This document shows positions 1-11,470 of a DNA stretch of 64,000 nt, piece after piece. The first letter of the stretch is position 1, and each line of letters begins with the position of its first letter. The DNA is from Lama glama. Taxonomy: Eukaryota. Position numbers and translations under genes: made by a program. The DNA lies in assembly GCA_028534125.1 (NCBI GenBank), contig CM052816.1, positions 13,766,001-13,830,000 on the forward strand, in the 5' to 3' direction. The notes under the pieces were generated by a model. The model ran no database searches and was not told the DNA's origin. It saw nothing but the letters and a program-made list of their open reading frames with translations.

Positions 1-1601
1 TGCTGGCTACGTAGAGAGGGAACAGGATTTCTTCCCAGAGAGAGCCCATCTTGCTGCTCTGAACAGAGCTGGCAATATGGGAGACAGCTGACCTTGCACA
101 CTGAGTTCAGGGCGGATGCAGTCAGAGGGCCGGGAGACCACAGCAAGCAAAGCCATCTGCAGTCTCGAAGGCCTGGTCAGCAGACCAGATGCAGGGAGCG
201 AGGCTGCAGATGCTAGGGCATCTGTGCCCAGGGCCAGCCTGGCCTCCGTATCGCCCACAGCGAGTTGTGAGACTGATGCTCTGCTGGATGAGCCGCCCAG
301 GGTAGGCCTTGTGTCAAATGTCTCAAGGCACTAACGCAAAACCCCCGTCTTCGGAAGAGCAGCCCCCAGAATTTCTTAAGAAGCAAACCTCAGGGATAAA
401 GCACCGGTCCCACCAGCAGCAGCTGTGGTCGGCTTGTCACCCAGCCCTCCTCAGAGGGCTGAGAACCAGCTGAGATCAGAACAGAGATAGGGAGGAGCTG
501 TTGCCAGAAATGAGTTGCCCGAGGGCACCGCTGAGGCAGGAGGTGAGATGAGCTCTCTCTGGGTCTGGGGCACCCCACCCTCCAGAGCCATCAGCCAGTC
601 TCCCTCCTGCTCTCCCCAAGACAGAGCCCCCTCTAGCTATGCAACAGCTCAGCCAGCTCATTATGCCTCTGGCAGGTTTTTAAAGAAAAAAAATGTGCAA
701 CATAATTACAGGCTCTGATCCCAAATGACTTTAACCCTGACAGGACTCACTGTGGGAACACCGGGAACACGTGTGCCCTGTGACTGCCCATGGGCATCAG
801 GTTTCCTTTCAGGAGCTCCCCTGCCAACCCCGGGATTCCCCCCACCCCATGCTACAGAAGGGCCCTGGTTCACAGGCCAAGGTCCTGGGACAATTGGATC
901 CCAGGTGTGGAACCACATGCTGAGATGTTCTCAAGTCGGTAGAACTTGGACCCTTTGGAGCCAATCCTCCATCATTCCTTGACCTGACCTTCCAGGTACC
1001 TGAGGCTGGCCGGTACCCCTGTGCACGGTAAGTGGGGGACAAAGGATCTGAGACAGGTTTATGTAGAATCTCTTCAGGCTTGATTGATTTAATGTGGGAT
1101 CCGGGGACCTCCTCCATGCAAACCACCTGGGGGCCCTGCAAGGAATGCAGATCTCCAGACCTCACCCCAGACCCCGGGCACCATAATCTTCTCGATGGGA
1201 GCCCGAGAACCTGCAGTCAGGGAAATTCGTCTGACACACATTTACATTTAAGAAACACTTCCTTACAAGGATAATCTAGAAATGGCAATCAGGCACTTTC
1301 AGTTACAGGGCACTTACCACCGGCCTGCTTCCTCTGCTAATCTCCATACCTACAGTAATCTCATTTATTCCTCACAATAATATTGTAAAGCGGGTATTTA
1401 TCATCCTTGCACTTTCTCCTGTTTCATCTCCAAAGGCAAAGTCCAAAGGCCTTTGGGCAAGCCTTCCCCCCCAAAACTGGCCAGGATGAAACACCTCGTA
1501 CTTAACCAGAGCAAAGGTCTCTCCATTTGTCTTCTCCCCACCTCTCCTGCTGAACGTTCCTATGCCCCATGGTCTCCGGTCCCACTCTCTCCTCTCCGTG
1601 C

Positions 1602-1759
1602 CGGTGGTTCTCCACCAGTGCTGCACATTAGAAGTACCTGGGGAGCTTCTAAATTCCCCAGGCCTGGGTTGCAGCCCAGACAAATTATATCAGAATCTCC
1701 AAGGATGGGTCCCAGGCCCCTCAGGAGATTTCAATGGGCAGCTGAGGTGGAGAACACTG
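1602..1759. mobile_element. MER5A-type hAT-Charlie DNA transposon
   Basis: TIRs CGGTGGTTCTC...GAGAACACTG; internal TGCACATTAGAAGTACCTGGGGAGCTT and TCAGAATCTC. Confidence 0.8.
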
Positions 1760-3309
1760 CCTGAGCCTCTAATGAACAGCTCCTGGTGAGCCCCAAACCT
1801 ACACCAGTACCCCCACCCCTCTCCATAGTACCAGACCTATGCTTCCCACTGCATGGTACGTGTCTCTGTCTGTAGGTCCCATGGGAACAACTCAGCAAGG
1901 GCACTTAGCCCCGTAACCCCCATCACACACCGTGGTCCTTCTGTGGTGTACAGTTCAGCCAGCACCCCACGACCTAAGACTTCCTCTTCAGCCACTCCAG
2001 CAGGTCTCCCGTGCACAGTGCCAGGGAATATCAATTTCTCCTCTATATTTACAGGCGTTTGAATATTCAAATGATGATTTCATTGAGTAAAAAAGATTTT
2101 CAGCCAAGTGTCCTCCCTGCCGCTTGCTCTGCATGCTCCCTGGCACGCTGCCACCTCCTCCAGCACCTGCACCTTAGTCTGAGAAGCACATCTTTGCCAC
2201 CCTCCCCCCAGCACGATGGCCAGACTGCGTCGTTCTCTGACACACTTCTGCTCTGGAGCAGTGCTAGCCAAGTGAAGCTCAAATCACTGGTAAAATAGGG
2301 ACTGTTTTCGATGATACAGTCACAAATAGTTTTCTATGTAATTATTATGATAATGACTATTTGAAGATATCCTGGAAAAAAAATACTGCTGACCACAACA
2401 CACCTATGATTTTGGAATGCTATCAAGTTCCCTTTTGAAATGAATGTAATTTTTAATGAGTAGACTTTTTCAAAGTAAATAAACCATGGTAAAGATGGGG
2501 CAGAAATAACGGAGGTGGTTTTAAATGAACGATGCTTAGGAACACTGCCTCCTTGGACTTGATAAGCCTTCAATGCCTTTCCCCAAGTTCTCTGCTCCCT
2601 CCCTCAGGGACCCTTTTAAACTGGTAGCAATCACCCCATTGTACTGTGGAGTGTCTGTGCTTCAAGACCCTGAGCACCTAGAGCAGGGTCTGTGCCTGCC
2701 CCATCCCAGAAACCCCACCACCAGGAGCCTTCCACCCCAGCACGAGTGACGCCCGGCACTGAACAGAGCCCACAGAGGACACGCGGCATATCCTGTCCTC
2801 CACCAGGGGAAGTGCTGAGCCCTGCCCAAGAGGCAGCCAGAAGACAAATGTGGGACAAAGCACTCAGCAACCCCGCCACCCGCCCAGAGAAGCTTCGCAG
2901 ACAGACAAGATGTACCTACGGGCCCAAACTCACCATCTCCAGTCATCAAAGGTAGAAGCCTGCCCTCCTTGACACCTGCCAAACTTCCAGAATAATGCAC
3001 ACACTGCACAAAGATAAAAACTCAACAGCACTCTCGCTAAAGAGCGCAAAACAAGCTCTCTGGGGCCCTCCATGTGATTCCCAGTCCGGCTGTGTCTCAT
3101 TTTAGGGAATGATTCTGTTGTGGCTTTTGAGTCCAGAATCAAAAGTACATACAAACTGCAGAGCAGGAAGTAGAAAAAACTCTAAACATTGTTTTATTAC
3201 AGAGGCCGCTCTATAATAAACTAAGGAGTGAGTTTCCTTTCTACTCTAAAATGCAATTTATAAAACTCAGTTCACTCAGAACTTTTCAGAAACATTCCTA
3301 TAAGATATT

Positions 3310-3835
3310 CACTGAAATGAAAAATGTACATACCCTCTGGCCCAGCAGTTCCATTTCTAGAATCCATCCTACAGATCTACTCACTCACATGCCCACAACA
3401 GGTACCAGGAGGTTCACAGCAGCATGGCTGGTAATGGTAAAAGGCTGGAAATCATCTACATGTTTATGATTTGGGGACAGCTTAAATAAACTATGTTATG
3501 TCCATAGAGCGGAATACAATGCAATGCTAAAAATGAATCTGCTCTATATGTACCAATGTGAAATAATATTCAAAATACATTCAAACAGGGCCAAATGCAA
3601 ATATATGCGGAAGAGTGCATATGGCATGCTACCGGAAAAATACATAAATATGTATTTGCTGGAACATGCATAAATTCTATCTGGAAAATACCCAAGAATG
3701 GGTAAGACGTTGCCTCCAGGAAAAGAACTAGGGATCTGGAGTCAGGAGGGACTGGACAGTGTTCCCGTTCATTCTTGTCCCTTTTAAATTGTGTATCATT
3801 TACAGGTATTACTTATTCAGATAAACTTTTTAAAA
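3310..3835 (+). mobile_element. Ancient L1 (L1ME-like) 3' fragment
   Basis: CCCAGCAGTTCCATTTCTAGAATCCATCCTACAGA...AAATAAACTATG resembles a decayed L1 ORF2 end and 3' UTR. Confidence 0.65.
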
Positions 3836-4749
3836 CGAAACATAGGTACAGATTAAAGAAAAAATGTCTTTTTAATTTTATTTCCTTGGCTGAACTGATA
3901 ATCATCTTCCACATCTGACCTACAAGTGTAAGAAGCAGATACGCAGGCAGGAATCTGTTAGGCTTTGGGTCCTGCTTGACAGTCTCTGTGGCAAAGAAAC
4001 AGCCTCGAGTTCAACTCAGTCTGCCTGGAGAGCTACCCAAAGTCTCACAGGAAGAGCCAGTTCCTATTTTCAGAGTGTTCAAATTAGCCTGGAATAAACT
4101 TAAAAGCACGTTTGATAGCAAGACCAGATGAGCTTTGAAACCTACCTGTGGTGTCTTTACAAACCATGCAAAATGGGTTTTATGTTGGCTTTTCCTGCGT
4201 GGCAGCAGCAGGACCCAAAGTGGAGCTACTGACTTGGCCCCGAGAAGCCAGCCAATTAACAGGGTTTGGCCCAGAATTCCCAAGCCCCTCAGCCCTTTGT
4301 CCATCTGGCAAAGAAAACACACACGTGCCACCCTAACCCCAGGAATCTCCTCTTTCTAAATATAGTGAGCACTGCCCCATCTCCAAGCTCACCCTCTGCA
4401 GCATTCTGTGCCTTCCAACCAAGGTGAAATGAGCCAGATATAAACACGTCGTGACAGCTTCTGGCCCACACTGCCAAGCTGTCTTCCTTACTATTTCCTC
4501 TCTCTCTCCACTCTGGGTTGCTACAAAAATGTGTAAACCCCAGTGACACTAATTTGTAAATATTCCTCTGGCCACTAATGCTGTTTCTCTTCACCCTAAC
4601 AAATGCGATTTCCCAAAAATTTGGAGTTGGAATGGTCTATTAGATATGGGCAAAGCCACATCCCATCTCCCATTTTATCGGTAAGAACTTGCAGCTCAGA
4701 AAGGATATTGGACAGGTTCAAGGCTAATTAGGGCACAGCCAATTAACTG

Positions 4750-4752
<3 letters not shown>

Positions 4753-4833
<81 letters not shown>
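4753..4833. repeat. Compound microsatellite (TC)24(AC)16
   Basis: Read directly; both tracts are perfect. Confidence 0.98.
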
Positions 4834-4834
<1 letters not shown>

Positions 4835-5499
4835 TTTTTTCCTATCCCCTAGTTCCTTTAAAATCCGTGTCAGCGCCTAACAGAAGGGCTTGTTCTGTTA
4901 AGGATGCCTCCAATCTAAGCAAAAGGTTAAGTTTCAGAAACAATGTAACAACACACTCAAAAGAGCACCAGACAAATACTAACTGGCTATAGGGCACAAG
5001 GACCTAAATAGCAGGTGTCAAAGAGCTTGAGGGCTGGCAACAATCCCACTTTGAGGAATCTATCCTATGGAAGTGCTGGGATCCACACACAAAGGTGGGT
5101 GTGCAGATGATCACTGCAGTGCTCTTCTCTGAAAAACCGAGCCAATGAAAATATCCTTCAAGAGTCGATGGGGCAAATAAGCCATGGTATCTCCCCAGAG
5201 CAGAGCTCTCTGCAGGCACGAAGAATACACTGTGTACTGACATGGAAGATCTCTCCAGACATAGTATCAACCAGAAAAGCAAAACACAGACGAATTCGTA
5301 TTCTATAACCCCACCCGTAAAAAAAAACAAATACGCACAGAAAAAAAGACAAGAAAAAAAAAAGCACACCGGTGGTTAATTCAAGCAAGGGGGTGCTTTA
5401 CTCTGTATATGTCTTTGATTCTTTTATGAGAATGTATTCTTGAACTGTGTAATTTTTTTGTCTTTGCTTATGAGATTAGGTCATCCATTTATACTGTTA

Positions 5500-6125
5500 A
5501 TTTTCCCCCCAAATTTAATTCTTCCCCTAGTCTTATTTCAGAAAATAGCACCATCATTCGCATAATCGCTCCAGCTAAAAACATTTGAATCATTCTTGAC
5601 TTCCCTCTTTTTTCTCATAGCCCAAATGCAGTCAAATAGCAAATCCCAAGGCCTGTACGTCCAAAAATACCCAGAACCTGACCACCATGTGCAATGCTGC
5701 CCCCAGCCCGAGATGCCACTGCCTTACTTCCCCTATTATAACAGCCTCCTAACTGCTCTTCTTGCCTTCACTTTTGCTCCATTTATATCATTCGCCACAC
5801 AGAGGCCCCCATAATCTCTTAGAAACACAAGTAGGATGATGTCACAAACTCCCCTGGCTTCCCATCACACTTAGAGTGAAACCCAAGGTCCTTTCTGAGA
5901 CTCAAGACTTCAAGGACCTGGCTTCCGGACTCTCTCCCCATTCGTTTGCCATCACCCTGCTCCAGCTACACTGGCCTCCCTGCTGGTCCTAAGACACCCC
6001 ATGAGCTCTCCCGTCTCACGACTTCTGCCCCCGTTACCACCACCTTAAAAACCCTTACTCACGTCTAGGGCTTGGAGCACACAGTAAGAGCAGAGCAGGG
6101 CTCCATATCTGTTGAATAAAAAGCC
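5500..6125 (+). mobile_element. L2 3' region
   Basis: CCACACAGAGGCC...ACACTTAGAGTGAAACCCAAGGTCC...CACAGTAAG...TGTTGAATAAA follows the L2 3' pattern. Confidence 0.7.
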
Positions 6126-6639
6126 TTCCTCGGATGGCCTAAGATAACTAATCTGCAACACACTGGGTTATAATTTTAAAAATTAAAACTAGGGTCAGTC
6201 AGAAATTTAATCCAGAAAAGCCACTTTAAGTGTGTTAGCTTCATCCTGGCACCCCTCCTCTGGCTAATTTTTAAAAATGCAATGGCCCAGACAGGGTAAC
6301 GGAGTCACCTTCATGAGATGCTTTCCCCAACAGCTCAGTGGTGATAACTGTTTCTCCCCGACGCATTCTTGTTTTGTCAATTCATAGAGTTTGTGATCAT
6401 TAGCTTACACTGGCCAGCAGCAGGAAGCTCAGCCTGGGGCCTCCGCCCAGAGGGATACTGACTAGCCTAACTAGAGCAGAAATCTGAACCACGGCCTCAT
6501 CAGAATCACCTTCCGAGTCCTGGGATGTGAAACTGATCACGCAGGTGCATCTGAGGTTGAAGCAAACGGAAGCAAAAAGTCCCCAAATGAGGGTAAAGGG
6601 AGAAAATATACCAAGTGGTGTTCAGTTAATCATCAAAAA

Positions 6640-7285
6640 TTTTATGGGACAAAGTAAAAGGATAAAAAAAATGCAAAATATAAAACAGTGTCCGACAAAA
6701 AGATGCGAATGGACATTTCAGCAGAAAAACGCACTGATGGCCAAAAAGTATATGAAAAATTGTTCTATATGAGGAGTCAGTCACCAGGAAAATGCAAATT
6801 AAAACCAAGAGACACACTCACTAGGATGGCTACCATCAGAGACAATAACAAGTATTGGTGATAATGTGAAGAAATTAGAACACTTGGACAATACTGGTGG
6901 GAATTTTAAAGGATATTTCTGCTGCAGAAAACAGCTGGATAGATTTTTAAAGAATTAAACCTAAGTTTATCCATACTCCTAGGTAGGAAATGAAATAAGA
7001 AATGAAAACATATGTCCACACAAAGAAATTGAAAGTATTATGCACGATACTGTAATGGACAATACATGTTATTATACATTTGTCAAAACCCATAGAATAT
7101 ACAACCCAAAGAGGGAACCTTAATGTAAACTATGGACTTTAGTTAATAACACTGTATTACTTTTATAACAAATGTACCACCTGAGAGGAGTAAGTGTGAG
7201 AAACTCTCTATACTTTCCACTAAATTGTTCTGTAAACCTGAAAATAGCTCTAAAAACTAAAGTCTACTTACTATTTTTTTTAAAA
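6640..7285 (+). mobile_element. Old L1 (L1MC/MD-like) 3' fragments
   Basis: GAAAATGCAAATTAAAACCA...GGATGGCTA and CATTTGTCAAAACCCATAGAA...AATGTAAACTATGGACTTTAGTTAAT. Confidence 0.75.
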
Positions 7286-7788
7286 AAGGAGGGAAGGGGC
7301 TTAAGCCTCAACTGATGAGCTGAGAACTACAGATAAGATGCAATTTATTCACTCCAATGGAGGACAGAATACTTGGATTAAAGTGGAAGGCTTTTTTTTT
7401 TTTTAAAGCCAATGTTATATAAAAACTACAAAATCTTGTTGGATATAATTTGCCGTTGTTTATATTTGTATGAGTAATACTGCAAATGTTAGTACTGCAA
7501 ATTACCACCATTTACAAATAATTAGAAAATGCCTTTTTTTTTCTTGTACTCACAAGGTGCTAAAGCAAAGCAAAGAGACTGAGAAAAAACTTTTTGCTAC
7601 CTAACTCCATACCCATTTGTTCCATTAGGATTTTGTGCCTAATATAATTACTCCTCAACAAAGCAGGTGGACACTGAACATCCTTTGGGAGTTTATACCA
7701 TTAATGAAGGGCTCATCTCACTACTGCAAAAACCCTGCACCAAATCCTAGAAATACAAATGGGCAAAGTGCTATAAAGCATACAACTC

Positions 7789-7856
7789 TTTCTCTTTTTT
7801 TCTCCTTTTTTTAAATTGAAGTATAGTCAGTTTACAATACTGTGTCAATTTCTGGA
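7789..7856 (-). mobile_element. Extremely 5'-truncated L1 (cetartiodactyl-type 3' end) with TSD
   Basis: T-rich tail followed by AATTGAAGTATAGTCAGTTTACAAT; TSD AAAGCATACAACTC (7775) / AAAGCAAACAACTC (7857). Confidence 0.85.
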
Positions 7857-8011
7857 AAAGCAAACAACTCGATGTTTTTTTCGTTTTTTTTTTTTTTTAC
7901 TCTTGTCTTAATGAGCAAAGAGGATGAACTATTTATCTTAACAAATCAGACCCAGGAACAGGTTTTCAGCCTCCATGTTCAATGCTTTATTACCTGGTTA
8001 AAAGAGAATCA

Positions 8012-8340
8012 CTTTCAGTTATAAAATAAGTCATGGGATGTGATAAACAGCCTGATGACTATAGCTAATAGTCCTGGAGTTGTATATTTGAAAGCTGCTA
8101 AGAAAGTAGACCTTGAAAGTTCTCATCACAAGAAAAAAACATTGTGATTATGTATAGTGACCAATGTTAACTAGACATACTGCAATGATCATTTCATAAT
8201 ACGTACAAATACCAAATCATGTTATACCCCTGACACTAAAAAAGATTTTGTATTAATTATATGCCAATTTTTAATTGTTTAATAAAAAACGAAATTAATA
8301 CTAGCAAAGTATGTATTTTCTAAAAAATATTTAAAAAGAG
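8012..8340 (+). mobile_element. L1 3' UTR (L1MA9-like)
   Basis: TGTATATTTGAAAGCTGCTAAGAAAGTAGACCTTGAAAGTTCTCATCAC; A-rich tail; TSD AGAGAATCA at 8003 and 8341. Confidence 0.8.
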
Positions 8341-8684
8341 AGAGAATCATTGGTAATCGGTGCTACCCCAAAGAGCAACTCAATTGCTTCAAAAATCCAA
8401 GAGCTAGTCAGACGCCCTCATCTGCCTCACTACCCTACAACCGTTCTTTAATCCCACGATGAAGAGAGAAACACAGAACTTCAGGGTACAGTACAGAATC
8501 TTAGCTACTCTTCCTGCCCAGGACTCAGAGTCTGAAAAACAACGGGGACGCTACTCTCACTTAACCTAGCATCTGCTGCATGTCCCTCCTTTCGAGGGTC
8601 TAGATCTCTGAAGAACGTACATCTTCACCGCCAGCATCTTTACTGAAGCACTGAAGGGTCACGTTCAAGAGAAGGCCCTACAGT

Positions 8685-8860
8685 CCTATGCCAGGTTCAA
8701 AACCTGGTTGCACCTCTCCCTAGCTGTGTGACCTTAGACAAGTTCACCGAACTTTAAAATGCAGACAAATGAGAGTATTCATCTCACAGGATGGTGGGAA
8801 AGGCTAACGAGACGTGTGTGCATTTAGCAGAGGGCTGGGCGCTTGGTGAGAGCTCAATCA
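8685..8860 (+). mobile_element. MIR SINE
   Basis: Core CTAGCTGTGTGACCTTAGACAAGTT...AAAATG...ATCTCACAGGATGGTGGGAAGG. Confidence 0.75.
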
Positions 8861-10349
8861 ACAAGAACTGCCAGCAAGGTTTCCATTGGTTTGTTTGTTT
8901 TTTGTTTGTTGAGGATGCTGACAGTGCTCCCAAGGCCTCACAGTGTCTACGTGGCAGAGCCTGGAGTGACCATCAGGTCTGCCCGATAACACAGACCTGG
9001 CTGCTAACACTGCACTGTGCTCCTCAGATCTGGGGCTGCTCAGCCTGCACGTCACTGGGTCCCAGTTCCCTCCTCAGAGTCCGCTTCTTAAATGAACTCA
9101 ACACGGATGTGCTCCTTGTCTACATAAAGGGGATGGAGTCACATATAGATGGAGTCCAAGTGGATTCTTCGAGGGACTTCTACAAAGAGAATGTTAAGTC
9201 AAGTGCCATTGAGGATGACTAATTTCCAGAATCCAGACCAGTGTGAAGGTGGCATTATTCCTGGAGATGAGTGGTTATCCACCTAGGAGCAAAGAAGACT
9301 TCTGAAACATTTAAGACATACATGCTTTTTCTGGAACACATCTGTCAGACTGGACATTTAGATTAAAGGCAATCAGTGACAAAGTGCACTGTTTAAGAAT
9401 GTAGATATGAAACAATTTTTACTTTTTTTTTCCCTGTAAAGTGAGTTCAGGATCCCTCTTGAACCTCATGAATGCCCTCTAACAGATATTATTAAAACTA
9501 CTGAGATCTCATTCTTTCTTTTCTCTTACGTAACACACTATCTAAATGTTCTTTTTTTCACACGTTAACAAAAAATCTTACAAGTATGATCCGACTTAAG
9601 TACATCAGACTTTTTATCCACCTCTCCTAGGGTTCAAGTTCAAAATATAGAATTTTGCTTTGTTTACATACAGTTAAGGCTACAGATTTCTACAAACCTA
9701 TTTCTGTTAAAAGATAAATGTCCCCTGAATTTAAGATTTGACACTGACAGACAAGTAACTGCTAAAATCTACTGTTGTTATTTTCTTTGCAGGCATCCTT
9801 GTTAGACTACTTATTTCTGTTAAAATTCACTGTGGTTGCCTTGGAGATGTGATACAGGTCAGAGATCTCAGAATTACTAACCGCTGAGAATGTAGTGAAA
9901 AAGGCATGTCATCCCCAAAAAGCCTCATGAAAACTACGGGCTCAACTAGGAAAATATAAATACTTTCACTTCACTTTGTAAAAAAAAAAAAAAAGTGTCA
10001 CCCAGTAGGATACCAACCCCAGAGTAAGGCTTTATTATCACACACCCTGCGCCAACTTGACTGAATGAAAGCTCACTGAGAGAAGGGGCTGGATCCTTCA
10101 TCTTGTTTTGGTAGTCTCCTCTGCATCCATCAGCTAGAATGAATCCATTCCCTGTCCCCTCTATGAGAAATCTGGGTTTTCCCCAGGGCATGGTTCAGTC
10201 TTTGGGACCTCACCCTCTATTTAAACCCCCTGAAGGAGAGCAGCTTATGGATTCAAAGTTCTCCCACTTGAAATTCCAATCAAGAATTCTGTGCCTATAG
10301 CTGGTCACCACCATCCTGGAGAAAACTATTAAAATTACACTCCCAGTGT

Positions 10350-10610
10350 CTAGAATTAAGCAAATCCATAGAGACAGGAAACACATTAGTGGTTGAGAAG
10401 GACAAGATGGTGGGGAGGGAGGACTTGGGAGAAAACGATGGGGAATGACTGCAGGTGGAGATGGGGTTTCTTCTGGAGGTGCTGAAAATGCTCTAAAGTT
10501 GATGGCAGCACAGTTCTGTGAATGGACTAAAAACCACTGAATTGGATGCTTTAAATGGGTGATCTGTATAGTAAGGCAAGTTCTATCTCAATAAAACTGG
10601 TATTATAAAA
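10350..10610 (+). mobile_element. L1MB-like 3' UTR
   Basis: GCAAATCCATAGAGACAG...GGGGTTTCTTCTGGAGGTGCTGAAAATG...TATCTCAATAAAACTG. Confidence 0.8.
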
Positions 10611-11254
10611 TGTGCATTTCTGCCCCACCCCACCCACCTGAGACTATCAGAATAAGGAAGGGTACTCTGAGAAAAAACGTCAAGCCTAAAGGGGCATCTC
10701 CCTAGCAACAATTACACAGACCAACTCTGCAGGTGGACAGAAATACAGTTTCTGAAAACCCACACACCCTCTCAAAACCAACAGCCTAATTCATTTTCGG
10801 CTTCATGAAACCACAGTTGATTTGCTGTCGAGTCCATGAGACAGTCAGACATGAAGTCTAATGCATTTTGCAAGCTTTTCCTACAAGGTCGAGTGAGGCA
10901 GACAGCTTGGCCACTGAGTGGGGATAGTTAATCTAGCAAGAAGACTGACAATTTAAGCTACCAGAATGTTATGATGGACAGCAAAAATGTTGGGAGACTT
11001 ACTTATTTTTTTCTTTTTCACTCATGGAGTTTTTTTGTTTGTTTGTTTTTTGTTTTTTTGGCATAACCATGGCTTTATACAGAGTTACCAAGACTTTTCC
11101 CACCAGTGGTTAATATATACACAACTGTGTAAGTTACCACCAACTGGCATGAAGGAGGCATGGGCCTAACTCTTTGCACCCAAATCAATAAACGTCCATC
11201 TGCTCTTAGTGACTCTTGCTCGGAGTCTTGACAACCCTGAATGCTGGAAGATAC

Positions 11255-11470
11255 TAACAGCTACCATTAATTGAGTAGTGTTATGTGCCAGGCTCCAAGC
11301 TAAGCATGTTCTTTACGTGCACTGTTTCATTTAGCCCTCACAACACCCCTAGGAGATCAGTATGGCTATCTCATTGTTCACAGGAGGAGTTCAGGCTTAG
11401 TGACTTGTCCAGAGTCCACTTGTAAATGATGGGGTCAAGAATCAAACCCAGGAAATCCTAAAGCTCTTAA
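11255..11470 (-). mobile_element. MIR SINE
   Basis: TTGAGTAGTGTTATGTGCCAGGC...CCTCACAACACCCCT...TGACTTGTCCAGAGTC. Confidence 0.7.
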
